Shown here one piece after another: positions 1 through 7,916 of a stretch of DNA of 64,000 nt. This stretch comes from Planctomycetota bacterium (GTDB taxonomy: Bacteria > Planctomycetota > UBA1135 > UBA2386). The stretch is taken from the NCBI GenBank assembly GCA_046306335.1, contig JBKDXM010000051.1, positions 21 to 64,020 of the forward strand, written 5' to 3'. The notes beneath the pieces were generated by a model. The model was not told where the DNA came from. It searched no databases and saw only the letters and a list, made by a program, of their open reading frames with translations. The translations under genes and the position numbers were made by a program. Every line of letters begins with the position of its first letter. Position 1 is the first letter of the stretch.

Positions 1-2
1 GA

Positions 3-1070
3 CCCGATGGCGCGCCCGCGTCCGGCGCTTCGATCTGGCACTGTGAGCCGACGCCCGCTGGCCGCCGCGAGTTCGCGGTCGACGGGGACGGCAACTACGA
101 AGCGGACGTGCCGGCGGGCGAGGGCGTGCCGTTCGTCGCGCGCGCGCCCGGCTGCGCCACGCAGGCGCGCGTGCTCGCCGTCGGTGACGGCGCGGTCGCC
201 GACGCGCGGCTCGAGCCCGCGTGCGTGCTGGAGGTGCAGATTGCCGCGGTCGCCGAGCACTTCGGCTTCGTTCGCGTCGACCTGCTGCCGACGGCGGAGG
301 TCAGCACCGGCCTCGCGCAGTGGCCGTTCTACCTTGCGGCGCTCGACGGCGGCGCCGCGGTCGACGCCAGCGGTCGGGCGACGTTCGACGACCTGCCCCG
401 CGAGGCCGAGGTCGGCGTCGTGGTGGCGCATCCGCTGGTCGCACGCATGGCGCCGCAGGTCGTGCGCACGAAGGGCCGGCGCGCGCGCGCCGTGGTGGCG
501 CTGCCGGCCTACGTGGCGCGGTCGTTCGCTGGCGTCGTGGTCGACGTGGACGGTGCGCCGGTGGCCGGCGCGACGGTGCGCGTGGCGGCGGCGGGCGGGG
601 CGGCGTGGCCGCGCGCGCCGCGGTTGGCGAGCGCGGCGGCGGCGTGGCGCGGGACCTTCGCCGTGGCGAGCGACGGCGACGGCGCGTTCGTGGTCGGCCT
701 GCCGGCGGGCGATGGCCCCGTCGTCGCCGAGGTGCGGGCGCCGGGCCACGCGGGGCGCGACGTGCCGATCGCGGGCCTCCCGCCGGCGGCGCGCATCGTG
801 TTGCCGCGCTGGCGCGGCGGCGAGATCGGCTTCGCGCTGGCGCCACCGCGGCCCGGCGCGGCGTGGACCGCGTCGGCGGACCTCGCGGGCGGCGTGCGGG
901 CGGTGCTCGCCGCCGACGAAGCTTGGCGCGTCAGCTTGCCGCAGGCCGGGCGCTACGACTTCACCATGACGACGACGCGTCCGGGCGAACAGCCGGTCGC
1001 GCGCACGGTGCGCGACGTCGTCGTGACCGGACCGATCGAACTCGCCAGCGCGCCCGCCGCCGGGCGTTGA
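3..1070 (+). CDS. Partial (5' end outside the window) secreted/surface protein with carboxypeptidase-regulatory-like beta-sandwich repeats
   Basis: Frame 3 is open from the window edge to TGA 1068-1070 with G/C-dominated third positions. Repeated pattern 'VVDVDGAPVAGATVRV...SDGDGAFVVGLPAGDGPVVAEVRAPGH' is typical of CarboxypepD_reg-like domains. Confidence 0.5.
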   Translation, partial: PDGAPASGASIWHCEPTPAGRREFAVDGDGNYEADVPAGEGVPFVARAPGCATQARVLAVGDGAVADARLEPACVLEVQIAAVAEHFGFVRVDLLPTAEVSTGLAQWPFYLAALDGGAAVDASGRATFDDLPREAEVGVVVAHPLVARMAPQVVRTKGRRARAVVALPAYVARSFAGVVVDVDGAPVAGATVRVAAAGGAAWPRAPRLASAAAAWRGTFAVASDGDGAFVVGLPAGDGPVVAEVRAPGHAGRDVPIAGLPPAARIVLPRWRGGEIGFALAPPRPGAAWTASADLAGGVRAVLAADEAWRVSLPQAGRYDFTMTTTRPGEQPVARTVRDVVVTGPIELASAPAAGR

Positions 1071-1336
1071 GCCGGGCCGCCGCGCCGCCGGCCAGGTTCC
1101 GTCCAGGATCGGGAACGGCGTGCGGCCGTTGCCACCGGCGGCGCCGCGCCGCCGGCGCGCCGCCATCGCGCGCGCGCCGTCACGTCCGGCGGCGTGGGGT
1201 ATCCTCGCCGTGCGTCGCGCGTTTGCCCGCGCGGCGCGCCTCGTGTGGCTTCGTTGTGTGGTGGGGGGATCGGGCTCGTCGCCCGATCCCCACTTTTCTT
1301 TCCGCCCGCCGCGCCCCGCGCTACGGTCGCGCGCCC

Positions 1337-2677
1337 GTGAGCATCCTGCGCGATCCCGTCCACGGCGACATCGAGCTGTCGCGCGACGAACTGCGCCTCG
1401 TCGACACGGCTGCCGTGCAGCGGTTGCGCGGCGTCAAGCAGCTCGGCAGCGCGTCGTTCGTGTATCCGGGCGCGACGCACACGCGCTTCGAGCACTCGAT
1501 CGGCACGCTGCACGTCTGCGACCAGCTGCTCGCAGCCTGCAACCGCAACGCCGCGCGCGACGCCGCCTGCCGGCCGGTCGGCGACGACGAGCGGCGGCTG
1601 CTGCGCGCCGCCGCGCTGCTGCACGACGTCACGCACATCCCGTTCGGCCACAACATCGAGGACCAGACCGGCCTGCTGCCGCGGCACGACCTGCCCGAGC
1701 GGTTCCGCGCGGCCCTCGGCGACGGCGAGCTGGGCGACGAACTGCGCCGCCAGGGCCTGCAGGACGACGTGCTGGCGATCCTGACCGGCGAGGGCCGCGA
1801 AGTGCCGCCGTTCTGGCGGCAGGTGGTCAGCGACACGATCGACGCCGACCTGCTCGACTACCTGCGCCGCGACGCCCACTACACGGGCCTCGAGCTGCGC
1901 TACGACCGCCGCGTCGTCGACTACTTCCGCGTCGACCGGGCCTCGGGCGCGATGTTCGTCGACTGCGAGAAGAACGGCATGCTGCGCGAGGACATCGTGT
2001 CCGAGCTGCTGCGCGTGCTGGAGTGCCGTTACCACTTCAGCGAGCGCGTCTACTACCACCACGCCAAGATCGCCGCCGGCGCGCTGCTCTCGCGCATGGT
2101 CGAGCTGGCGCTGCGCGCCGGCGCGCTGACCGCCGCCGACCTGCAGCAGCTGACCGACGACACGCTGGTCTACCGGCTCGGCCAGATCGAACTCGGCGAG
2201 CCCGCGGCGACCGCGCGGCTGCGCCGCTTCGTCGAGCGCTACGCCCGCCGTCAGCTGCCCAAGCGCGTGCTCGTGCTGCCGTGGCACGACAACCAGGGCG
2301 TGCAGGACGAACTGCTGGCGACGTACTTCGCGCCGGGCCGGCCCGAGGCGCGCTTTGCGTGGGAATCGGCGATGGAGCAGCAGGCCGAGGCGGCGTTCGG
2401 CCGCCCGGTCGACGTGATCCTCTACTGCCCCAAGCGCCGCATGCAGCTCAAGGAAGCGAAGACGCTGGTGCGCTTCCCCGGCGAGGGCGGCAGGCTGCGG
2501 CCGCTCGACGCCTTCACTGCGCGCATCCCGCGGCTGTCCGATCTCGCCGCCAGCTACCCGCGCATGTGGAAGCTGTACGTGTTCACGTCGCTGGCGGACA
2601 AGGCGCAGCGCGCGGCGTTGCAGCGCATGTGCCTCGCGGCGCTGCCGGCCGGCTGCCGCAACGCCTTCGTGCTGTGA
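1337..2677 (+). CDS. HD-domain phosphohydrolase (COG1078 / SAMHD1-like dNTP triphosphohydrolase family)
   Basis: GTG 1337 within track ORF 221..2677. Motifs ILRDPVHGDIEL, THTRFEHSIGT, LLHDVTHIPFGHNIED and DADLLDYLRRD match the HD metal-binding set. The upstream part of the track ORF is Arg/Gly-rich junk. Confidence 0.85.
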   Translation: MSILRDPVHGDIELSRDELRLVDTAAVQRLRGVKQLGSASFVYPGATHTRFEHSIGTLHVCDQLLAACNRNAARDAACRPVGDDERRLLRAAALLHDVTHIPFGHNIEDQTGLLPRHDLPERFRAALGDGELGDELRRQGLQDDVLAILTGEGREVPPFWRQVVSDTIDADLLDYLRRDAHYTGLELRYDRRVVDYFRVDRASGAMFVDCEKNGMLREDIVSELLRVLECRYHFSERVYYHHAKIAAGALLSRMVELALRAGALTAADLQQLTDDTLVYRLGQIELGEPAATARLRRFVERYARRQLPKRVLVLPWHDNQGVQDELLATYFAPGRPEARFAWESAMEQQAEAAFGRPVDVILYCPKRRMQLKEAKTLVRFPGEGGRLRPLDAFTARIPRLSDLAASYPRMWKLYVFTSLADKAQRAALQRMCLAALPAGCRNAFVL

Positions 2678-3606
2678 ACGCCATCGTCGGGGCTGCCGTC
2701 GTCGCGCGCGTCGCGGTCCTCGCCGTTCCGGGGCGCACGGCGCGGAGGCAGCTCGCCACCGGGCTGCGCGCGGCCATGGTCGCCGCCGCGCTCGCCGTCG
2801 CCGCGCCGGCGCAACTGCTGACGACCGACGCCGGCGTGCTGTCGCCGGCGCTCATCTCCGCGCGCGAGACCGTCGAGTGGCAGCATCGGTCCGGCGCCGA
2901 CGACCTGCGCGCGACGACGCGCGCGGCGTGGTCGCCCGACCGCCGGCTGCAGTTCGAGGCCGGCGTGCCGTGGATCGCGCGCGACGTCGACACCGCGGCG
3001 GCGCAGGGCAGCACGACCGGCTTCGGCGACCTCGAGTTCGGCGCCAAGTGGGCGCTGGTGCGCGACGACGCGGTGATGCGCTCCGAGCGCCTGTCGCTGC
3101 TCGGCAACGTGCGCCTGCCGACCGGCGACGACGACGGCCGCGTCGGCGGCGTCGACCTCGGCCGCCGCGCCGCGCTGGGGCTCGGCGTGCACGGCTTCGG
3201 CGCGGGTGTCGGTTGGACGACGGTGCGCGACCGCCACCGCGCCGCTGCGGCTCTGCGCGGTTGGACCTACACCGAGGACGGCGGCTTCGCGCCCGGCGAG
3301 GCGGTGACGTTCGACGCGGCGTGGTGGATGCGTCTTCACCCCGTGCGCTTCGAACCGGGCGTGCACGAGAACGAACTCCGCTCGGTCGTGGAGTTGATCT
3401 CCGGCTGGCAGCAGGACGACCGCCAGGGCGGCGTGGGGCAGGACAACGGCGGCTTCTACGCCAAGGCGCTGGTCGGTCTGCAGGCCAATGCCACCGCGGC
3501 GACGAGCATCGAGGCCGGCGTGCTGCTGCCGCTGTACGACGACACCGCGTCGGCGCTCGGCGGCTTCCGCGTCGGCGTGCTGGTAACCTTCCGCGTCCTG
3601 TTCTAG
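2674..3606 (+). CDS. Outer-membrane beta-barrel protein (MetA-pathway/'transporter' OMP-like family)
   Basis: GTG 2674 overlaps the HD gene stop (GTGA). Signal-like AAMVAAALAVAAPAQ and the TGFGDLEFGAKWAL motif are present. The C-terminus ...VTFRVLF ends in Phe (OMP beta-signal) followed by TAG. Confidence 0.6.
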   Translation: MNAIVGAAVVARVAVLAVPGRTARRQLATGLRAAMVAAALAVAAPAQLLTTDAGVLSPALISARETVEWQHRSGADDLRATTRAAWSPDRRLQFEAGVPWIARDVDTAAAQGSTTGFGDLEFGAKWALVRDDAVMRSERLSLLGNVRLPTGDDDGRVGGVDLGRRAALGLGVHGFGAGVGWTTVRDRHRAAAALRGWTYTEDGGFAPGEAVTFDAAWWMRLHPVRFEPGVHENELRSVVELISGWQQDDRQGGVGQDNGGFYAKALVGLQANATAATSIEAGVLLPLYDDTASALGGFRVGVLVTFRVLF

Positions 3607-3622
3607 GCCGCCGCCTGCCCCG

Positions 3623-3748
3623 ATGCGCCGCACGCTCGCCCTCCTGCCGCTGCTCGCCGCCGCCTGCCAGGCGCCGCTGCCGCAGGCCGTCGCCGTGCGC
3701 GGCCACGGCCTGCAGACCATCTGGATCGAGACGCTCGGCCTCGAATGA
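3623..3748 (+). CDS. Lipoprotein signal peptide plus first beta-strand of an HMA domain. Ends at an in-frame TGA; probably the 5' part of the same gene as 3758..4099
   Basis: ATG 3623 encodes MRRTLALLPLLAAAC (lipobox) ...GLQTIWIETLGLE-TGA. Nearly all third positions are G/C. Same frame as the downstream ORF. Confidence 0.45.
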   Translation: MRRTLALLPLLAAACQAPLPQAVAVRGHGLQTIWIETLGLE

Positions 3749-3757
3749 CTGCCTTGC

Positions 3758-4099
3758 GTGAAGGCCGTGGCCGACGGCCTGCTGCGCCTGGATGGCGTGG
3801 CTGATCTGAAGGTGGATCTGCAAGCCAACCGCTGCACGATCACGCCCGCGAGCGACCGCGTGCCGGACCTCGCCGGCGTGCCGGTCGCGGTCGATCAGGC
3901 CGGCTTCCTGCCCGAACGCATGTGGCTCGAGGCGCGCGGCAGGACGGTCGCGCGCGACGGCGCGCTGTGGTTCGCGCTCGCCGGCACGGAGTTGGCGTGG
4001 CGGTGGGAAGGGTCGGCGGCGGATGGCCTCGTGCTGGCGCGCGTCGAGCGCCGGCCGGAGGTCGTGTTGGTGCCGGACGTGCTGCCGTTCGCGCGCTGA
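3758..4099 (+). CDS. Heavy-metal-associated (HMA) domain protein. The longest uninterrupted ORF lacks strand 1 and the first metal-ligand Cys
   Basis: Track ORF: (LPC)VKAVADGLLRLDGVADLKVDLQANRCTITP...VAVDQAGF matches the alpha1-beta2-beta3-alpha2 part of the HMA fold. See the finding on TGA 3746-3748. Confidence 0.6.
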   Translation: MKAVADGLLRLDGVADLKVDLQANRCTITPASDRVPDLAGVPVAVDQAGFLPERMWLEARGRTVARDGALWFALAGTELAWRWEGSAADGLVLARVERRPEVVLVPDVLPFAR

Positions 4100-4208
4100 G
4101 CGGCGCGGCGGCGGAGCGGCGGTCGCGTCGCGGCGCGCGGGGTCGCCTGTCGGCGCGGCGCGCGGCATGATCGCGCCGTCGTCGCCCCGCCGAGCTGGAG
4201 ACCTCGCC

Positions 4209-4379
4209 ATGCCCGATCCGACCGCAGTGTCGCCATTGCCTGATCCGCAGCGCCCGGACTCGTCGCCGCCGGCGACGCCGGCCAGCCGTTCCGGCGCGGG
4301 CGCCGGCGACCGCGTGCAGTCGACGGCGACCGGCGAGCTGATGCAGCGGCTGGCGACGGCGCCGAAGCTGGACGAGTAG
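4209..4379 (+). other. 5' segment of the Ser/Thr kinase gene (SD-preceded ATG, N-terminal leader), cut off from the kinase domain by in-frame TAG 4377-4379
   Basis: GGAG lies 9 nt upstream of ATG 4209. The GC3-rich frame MPDPTAVSPLPDPQRPD...TGELMQRLATAPKLDE-TAG is the same frame as 4386..7508. Confidence 0.55.
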
Positions 4380-4385
4380 CGATTC

Positions 4386-7300
4386 GTGCTGCAGGGCGAA
4401 CTCGGCAAGGGCGGCATGGGTCTGGTGGTGCAGATCCACGACCGCTTCCTCAACCGGCGGTTGGCGATGAAGCTGCTGCTCGAGCGCAGCGCGCCGCGCG
4501 ACGACGACGAGAGGCGGTTGCTCAACCAACTGCTCGGCCGCTTCCTGGAGGAAGCGCAGGTCACCTCGCAGCTCGACCACCCCGGCGTGGTGCCGGTGCA
4601 CGAACTCGGTCTCGATCAAGTCGGCAAGGTGTACTTCACCATGCGGATGGTGAAGGGCCGCACGGCGAGCGAGGTGTTCGCCGACGCGCACGCCGAGCGC
4701 AACGACTGGACGATCCCGAAGGCGCTGGAGGTGCTGCTCAAGGTCTGCGACACGATGAGCTACGCGCACGACAAGGGCGTGCTGCACCGCGACCTGAAGC
4801 CGGCCAACGTGATGGTCGGTCGCTTCGGCGAGGTGTACGTGATGGACTGGGGGCTGGCGAAGGTAGTCGGCCAGCAGGACCGGCACGACCTGCGCATCCG
4901 CCCGGACGCGGGCACGGGGGTGTCGCGGCTGGACACGGCGCGCAAGCGCGATGCCGAGCAGGCTCCGGACGACAGCGTGGTGTCGCTCGACGGGCAGCAG
5001 CTCGGCACGCCGAGCTACATGAGCCCGGAGCAGGCGCGCAGCGAGGACTTGGACGGGCGCGCGGACGTCTACTCGCTGGGCGCGATGCTGTACGAGTTGG
5101 TGACGGGCCGCGCGCCCTACACCAGCCCCGGCGTGCGGCAGCCGGCGTACCGCATCCTGCGCGACGTCGCCGACGGTCCGCCCAAGCGGGTCGAGGAGCT
5201 CGCGAAGGGCGTGCCGGCGGAGCTGGTGGCCATCGTCGACCGGGCGATGGCGCGCGAGCGCGCGCAGCGCTACGGCAGCCCGGCGGCGCTGGCGGCGGAC
5301 CTGCGCGCGTACCTCGGGCAGCGGGTGGTGGCGGCGTACCGGACCGGCGCGCTGGTGGAGCTCAAGCTGTGGGTACGGCGCAACAAGCCGCTGGCGGCGA
5401 GCCTGCTGGCGGCGGCGGCTTTGCTGGTGGCCGGCGTCATCGGCACGACGTGGTTGGCCAACCAGAATGCGGCGTTGGCGGCGGCGGAGGCGCAGGCGCG
5501 CGGCGAGGCGCAGCAGCGGGCCGAGGAGAACGCCAAGCTCGCCGAGTCCGAAGGCCGCGCCAAGGCGGAGTCGCAGCGCACGGTCGCCAACTTCCACGAG
5601 TTGTCGGCGGTGGTGCGGCTGCAGGACGTGTTGGCGCAGCAGGAGGCGCTCTGGCCGGCGTGGCCGGACAAGGTGGATGCGATCAAGGCGTGGCTCGCCG
5701 GTCCGTGCCAGCAGTTGCTCGACCAGCGGCCGCAGATCGAGGCGACGATCGCGGCGCTGCGGGCCAAGGCGCTGCCGCAGACACCGGAGCAGATCGAAGC
5801 GGACCGGCGGGCGTCGGCTTCGTTCCCGTCGTTCGAGCGGCAGCGGCAGAACGTGGCGGCGCTGCGTCGGGCGCAGGCGATCCGTGCGGGCGCCAGCCCG
5901 CTGGAGTTGCCGGCGTTGCCGGCCGCGCTGCAGGACGTCGATGCGTCGGCGCTGAACGCGTTCGCGTGGCCGCGCGTCGCGCCTGAGAAGGCGGGTGGTG
6001 AGAAGCCGGATCGCACGAGGTTCGGCGAGGAGGCGGTCGCGTTGGTGGCGGCGCGGGCGGCGGTGGCGAAGTCGACGGGCACCAAGGCGGCGTTCCAGAT
6101 CCTCGACACGCTGGCGTGGGCGGCGTTGGCCAACGGCCAGGACGGCGAGGCGACGCAGGCGGCGGCATCGGCGTTGGCGCAGGCACCGAAGGAGGAGCGG
6201 GCGGCGTACGAGGGCTACCAGCGGGCCATCGCAGCGGCGATCGCCGAGGCGCCGGCCCGTCTGGCGGCGGCAGAGGCCAAGCTGGCCGAACTGGACGCGG
6301 CGGTGTCGGTGCGTCGGACGTGGACGTTCGGCACGGACGAGGACAGCGAGTCGGCGCGGTTCCTGCACGCTGCGCTGGTGGACGTCGTGGCGGGTCTCGA
6401 CGGGTTGGCGAAGCGCGAGCGAGCGGACGTGGCGCAGCGGCTCGCATGGGCGCAGCAGGTCGCGTCGGCGAGCGCGGGCCATCCCAAGGCGCGGGTCACG
6501 TGGGCAGCGGCGCGGGAAGCGATCGCGAAGGCCGACGGCGTGGTGGCGAGCGAGTTGTACGCCGGCCGCGGCATCGTGATCCCGGACGGCGGCTGGGTCG
6601 GCTTGGTGCCGATCGGGATGAACCCGGTGACCAAGATGTGGGAGTTCTACGACCTGCGGAGCGCGTGGGACGGCGAGCAGGCAGCGAGCGAGATCGCGAT
6701 CCCGACGCACGCAGCGGACGGCAGCATCCAGGTTCAGGCCGGCACGGGGATCGTGTTCGTGCTGCTGCCGGGCGGCACGGTGACGTTGGGTTCGCAGAAG
6801 GACGACCCGAACGCGCCGTACTACGACCCGCAGCGCCAGGACGACGAGACGCTGCACGAGGTGACGTTGTCGCCGTTCTTGTTGGCGCGGCACGAGCTGA
6901 CGCAGGGCCAGTGGTCGCGGCTGTGGACGTGGGACGCAGAGCTGCGGGACCCGAGCCAATACAAGGCGGGCAAGAGCTTCAGCGGCAGGCGGATCACGTT
7001 GGCGAACCCGGTGGAGACGGTGGACTGGGGGATGTGCGATCGTCTGCTGACGCGTCACGGCATGGCGCTGCCGACGGAGGCACAGTGGGAGTACGGGTGT
7101 CGAGGCGGGACGACGTCGGCGTGGATCGAGCCGTTGGAGGAGTTGAAGAAGGTAGCGAACGTGGCGGACGCGGCGGCCAAGCGGGCGGTGCCGTCCTGGA
7201 ACTGCGAGACGTGGTCGGATGGCCACGCCGTGCACGCGCCAGTTGGCACGTTCGCGGCGAATGCGTTCGGCCTGCACGATGTGCATGGCAACGTGTGGGA

Positions 7301-7508
7301 GTGGTGCCGGAACTGGTACTGGGACTACGGCCGCGATCGTGCGGGCGATGGCCTGCGATCTGTTGGTTCCCCCGCCATCCGCGCCAGCCGCGGCGGCAGC
7401 TACTTCGTCTCAGCCGTCGGCGCGCGGGCGGCCAGCCGCAACAACTACTCACCGTCGCTCCGCAGCGACAACCTGGGCCTCCGCCCCGCCAGGTTCATCA
7501 CGTTCTGA
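4386..7508 (+). CDS. Ser/Thr protein kinase - TM - coiled coil - C-terminal formylglycine-generating-enzyme (FGE/SUMF1-type sulfatase-modifying) domain
   Basis: Kinase motifs GKGGMG, AMK, HRDLKPANVMV, DWGLAK and GTPSYMSPEQ. TM segment LAASLLAAAALLVAGVIG. C-terminal motifs HEVTLSPFLLARHELTQGQW, WEYGCRGG, HGNVWEWC, RGGSY and LGLRPAR. Confidence 0.9.
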   Translation: MLQGELGKGGMGLVVQIHDRFLNRRLAMKLLLERSAPRDDDERRLLNQLLGRFLEEAQVTSQLDHPGVVPVHELGLDQVGKVYFTMRMVKGRTASEVFADAHAERNDWTIPKALEVLLKVCDTMSYAHDKGVLHRDLKPANVMVGRFGEVYVMDWGLAKVVGQQDRHDLRIRPDAGTGVSRLDTARKRDAEQAPDDSVVSLDGQQLGTPSYMSPEQARSEDLDGRADVYSLGAMLYELVTGRAPYTSPGVRQPAYRILRDVADGPPKRVEELAKGVPAELVAIVDRAMARERAQRYGSPAALAADLRAYLGQRVVAAYRTGALVELKLWVRRNKPLAASLLAAAALLVAGVIGTTWLANQNAALAAAEAQARGEAQQRAEENAKLAESEGRAKAESQRTVANFHELSAVVRLQDVLAQQEALWPAWPDKVDAIKAWLAGPCQQLLDQRPQIEATIAALRAKALPQTPEQIEADRRASASFPSFERQRQNVAALRRAQAIRAGASPLELPALPAALQDVDASALNAFAWPRVAPEKAGGEKPDRTRFGEEAVALVAARAAVAKSTGTKAAFQILDTLAWAALANGQDGEATQAAASALAQAPKEERAAYEGYQRAIAAAIAEAPARLAAAEAKLAELDAAVSVRRTWTFGTDEDSESARFLHAALVDVVAGLDGLAKRERADVAQRLAWAQQVASASAGHPKARVTWAAAREAIAKADGVVASELYAGRGIVIPDGGWVGLVPIGMNPVTKMWEFYDLRSAWDGEQAASEIAIPTHAADGSIQVQAGTGIVFVLLPGGTVTLGSQKDDPNAPYYDPQRQDDETLHEVTLSPFLLARHELTQGQWSRLWTWDAELRDPSQYKAGKSFSGRRITLANPVETVDWGMCDRLLTRHGMALPTEAQWEYGCRGGTTSAWIEPLEELKKVANVADAAAKRAVPSWNCETWSDGHAVHAPVGTFAANAFGLHDVHGNVWEWCRNWYWDYGRDRAGDGLRSVGSPAIRASRGGSYFVSAVGARAASRNNYSPSLRSDNLGLRPARFITF

Positions 7509-7514
7509 CTTCAT

Positions 7515-7574
7515 CCCCTCACGCTGCTCCACCTTCTCCGGCTGCGCACGAAGGGGGCGGAGCAGCGTGAGGGG
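7515..7574. repeat. Perfect 16-bp inverted repeat (CCCCTCACGCTGCTCC / GGAGCAGCGTGAGGGG) with an inner 5-bp stem; REP-like or terminator hairpin 7 nt after the kinase stop
   Basis: Arms 7515-7530 and 7559-7574 are exact reverse complements. Inner CCTTC (7532-7536) pairs with GAAGG (7550-7554). No T-tract follows. Confidence 0.6.
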
Positions 7575-7760
7575 GTGGGCCGCCGCCTCGCGTTCGCCCT
7601 CGCAAGGGGACAGGGGGTGGGACCCCTTGGCGGGGCGCAGGGGTGAAGGCGCACGCCGCATGGTGGTCGCCGCACGCATGGGGCCGCGAGGCGCGTGTGG
7701 TTGGCATGCCAAGGTCGCGGCCAGCGCTGCTGCTGCAATGCTCGTGCTCGGTCTCCTTCT

Positions 7761-7855
7761 GCTCTGTGCTCTCTGTGCCCTCTGTGGTTCATCTTCTGCT
7801 TCTGCTTCTGCTTCCGCAGCCGAAACAACCACCGAGAGCACAGAGCGCACCGAGC
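7761..7855. repeat. Imperfect 29-bp inverted repeat flanking a (CTTCTG)3 microsatellite, in a CT-skewed, locally GC-poorer segment
   Basis: 7761-7789 pairs with 7827-7855 at 25 of 29 positions (hand alignment). The spacer contains CTTCTG x3 plus CTTCCG at 7793-7816. Confidence 0.55.
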
Positions 7856-7916
7856 ACAGCAAGCCGAGACGGCCGACGCCCCGCCCCGCCTCACCGCCGC
7901 CGTCCGCCGCGCTCCC

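Noticed and set aside
1337-2677. The SAMHD1-like HD phosphohydrolase as an anti-phage dNTP-depletion defence gene.
   Set aside because: The family membership is plausible, but such HD hydrolases are also common housekeeping enzymes. Nothing in the neighbourhood (an OMP and an HMA lipoprotein) suggests a defence island.
3840-7286. A 1148-aa ORF antisense to the Ser/Thr kinase gene. Similar giants occur at 14715..17981(-), 35510..39229(+), 37849..41703 (upstream part), 41022..43574(-), 41036..44728 (upstream part), 45838..49224(+) and 45851..48820(-).
   Set aside because: The products are Arg/Ala/Pro/Gly-dominated low-complexity strings with no motifs. They overlap strongly supported genes on the other strand or frame. 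Such ORFs are expected in DNA where G/C fills nearly every third position, because stop codons are rare in all frames.
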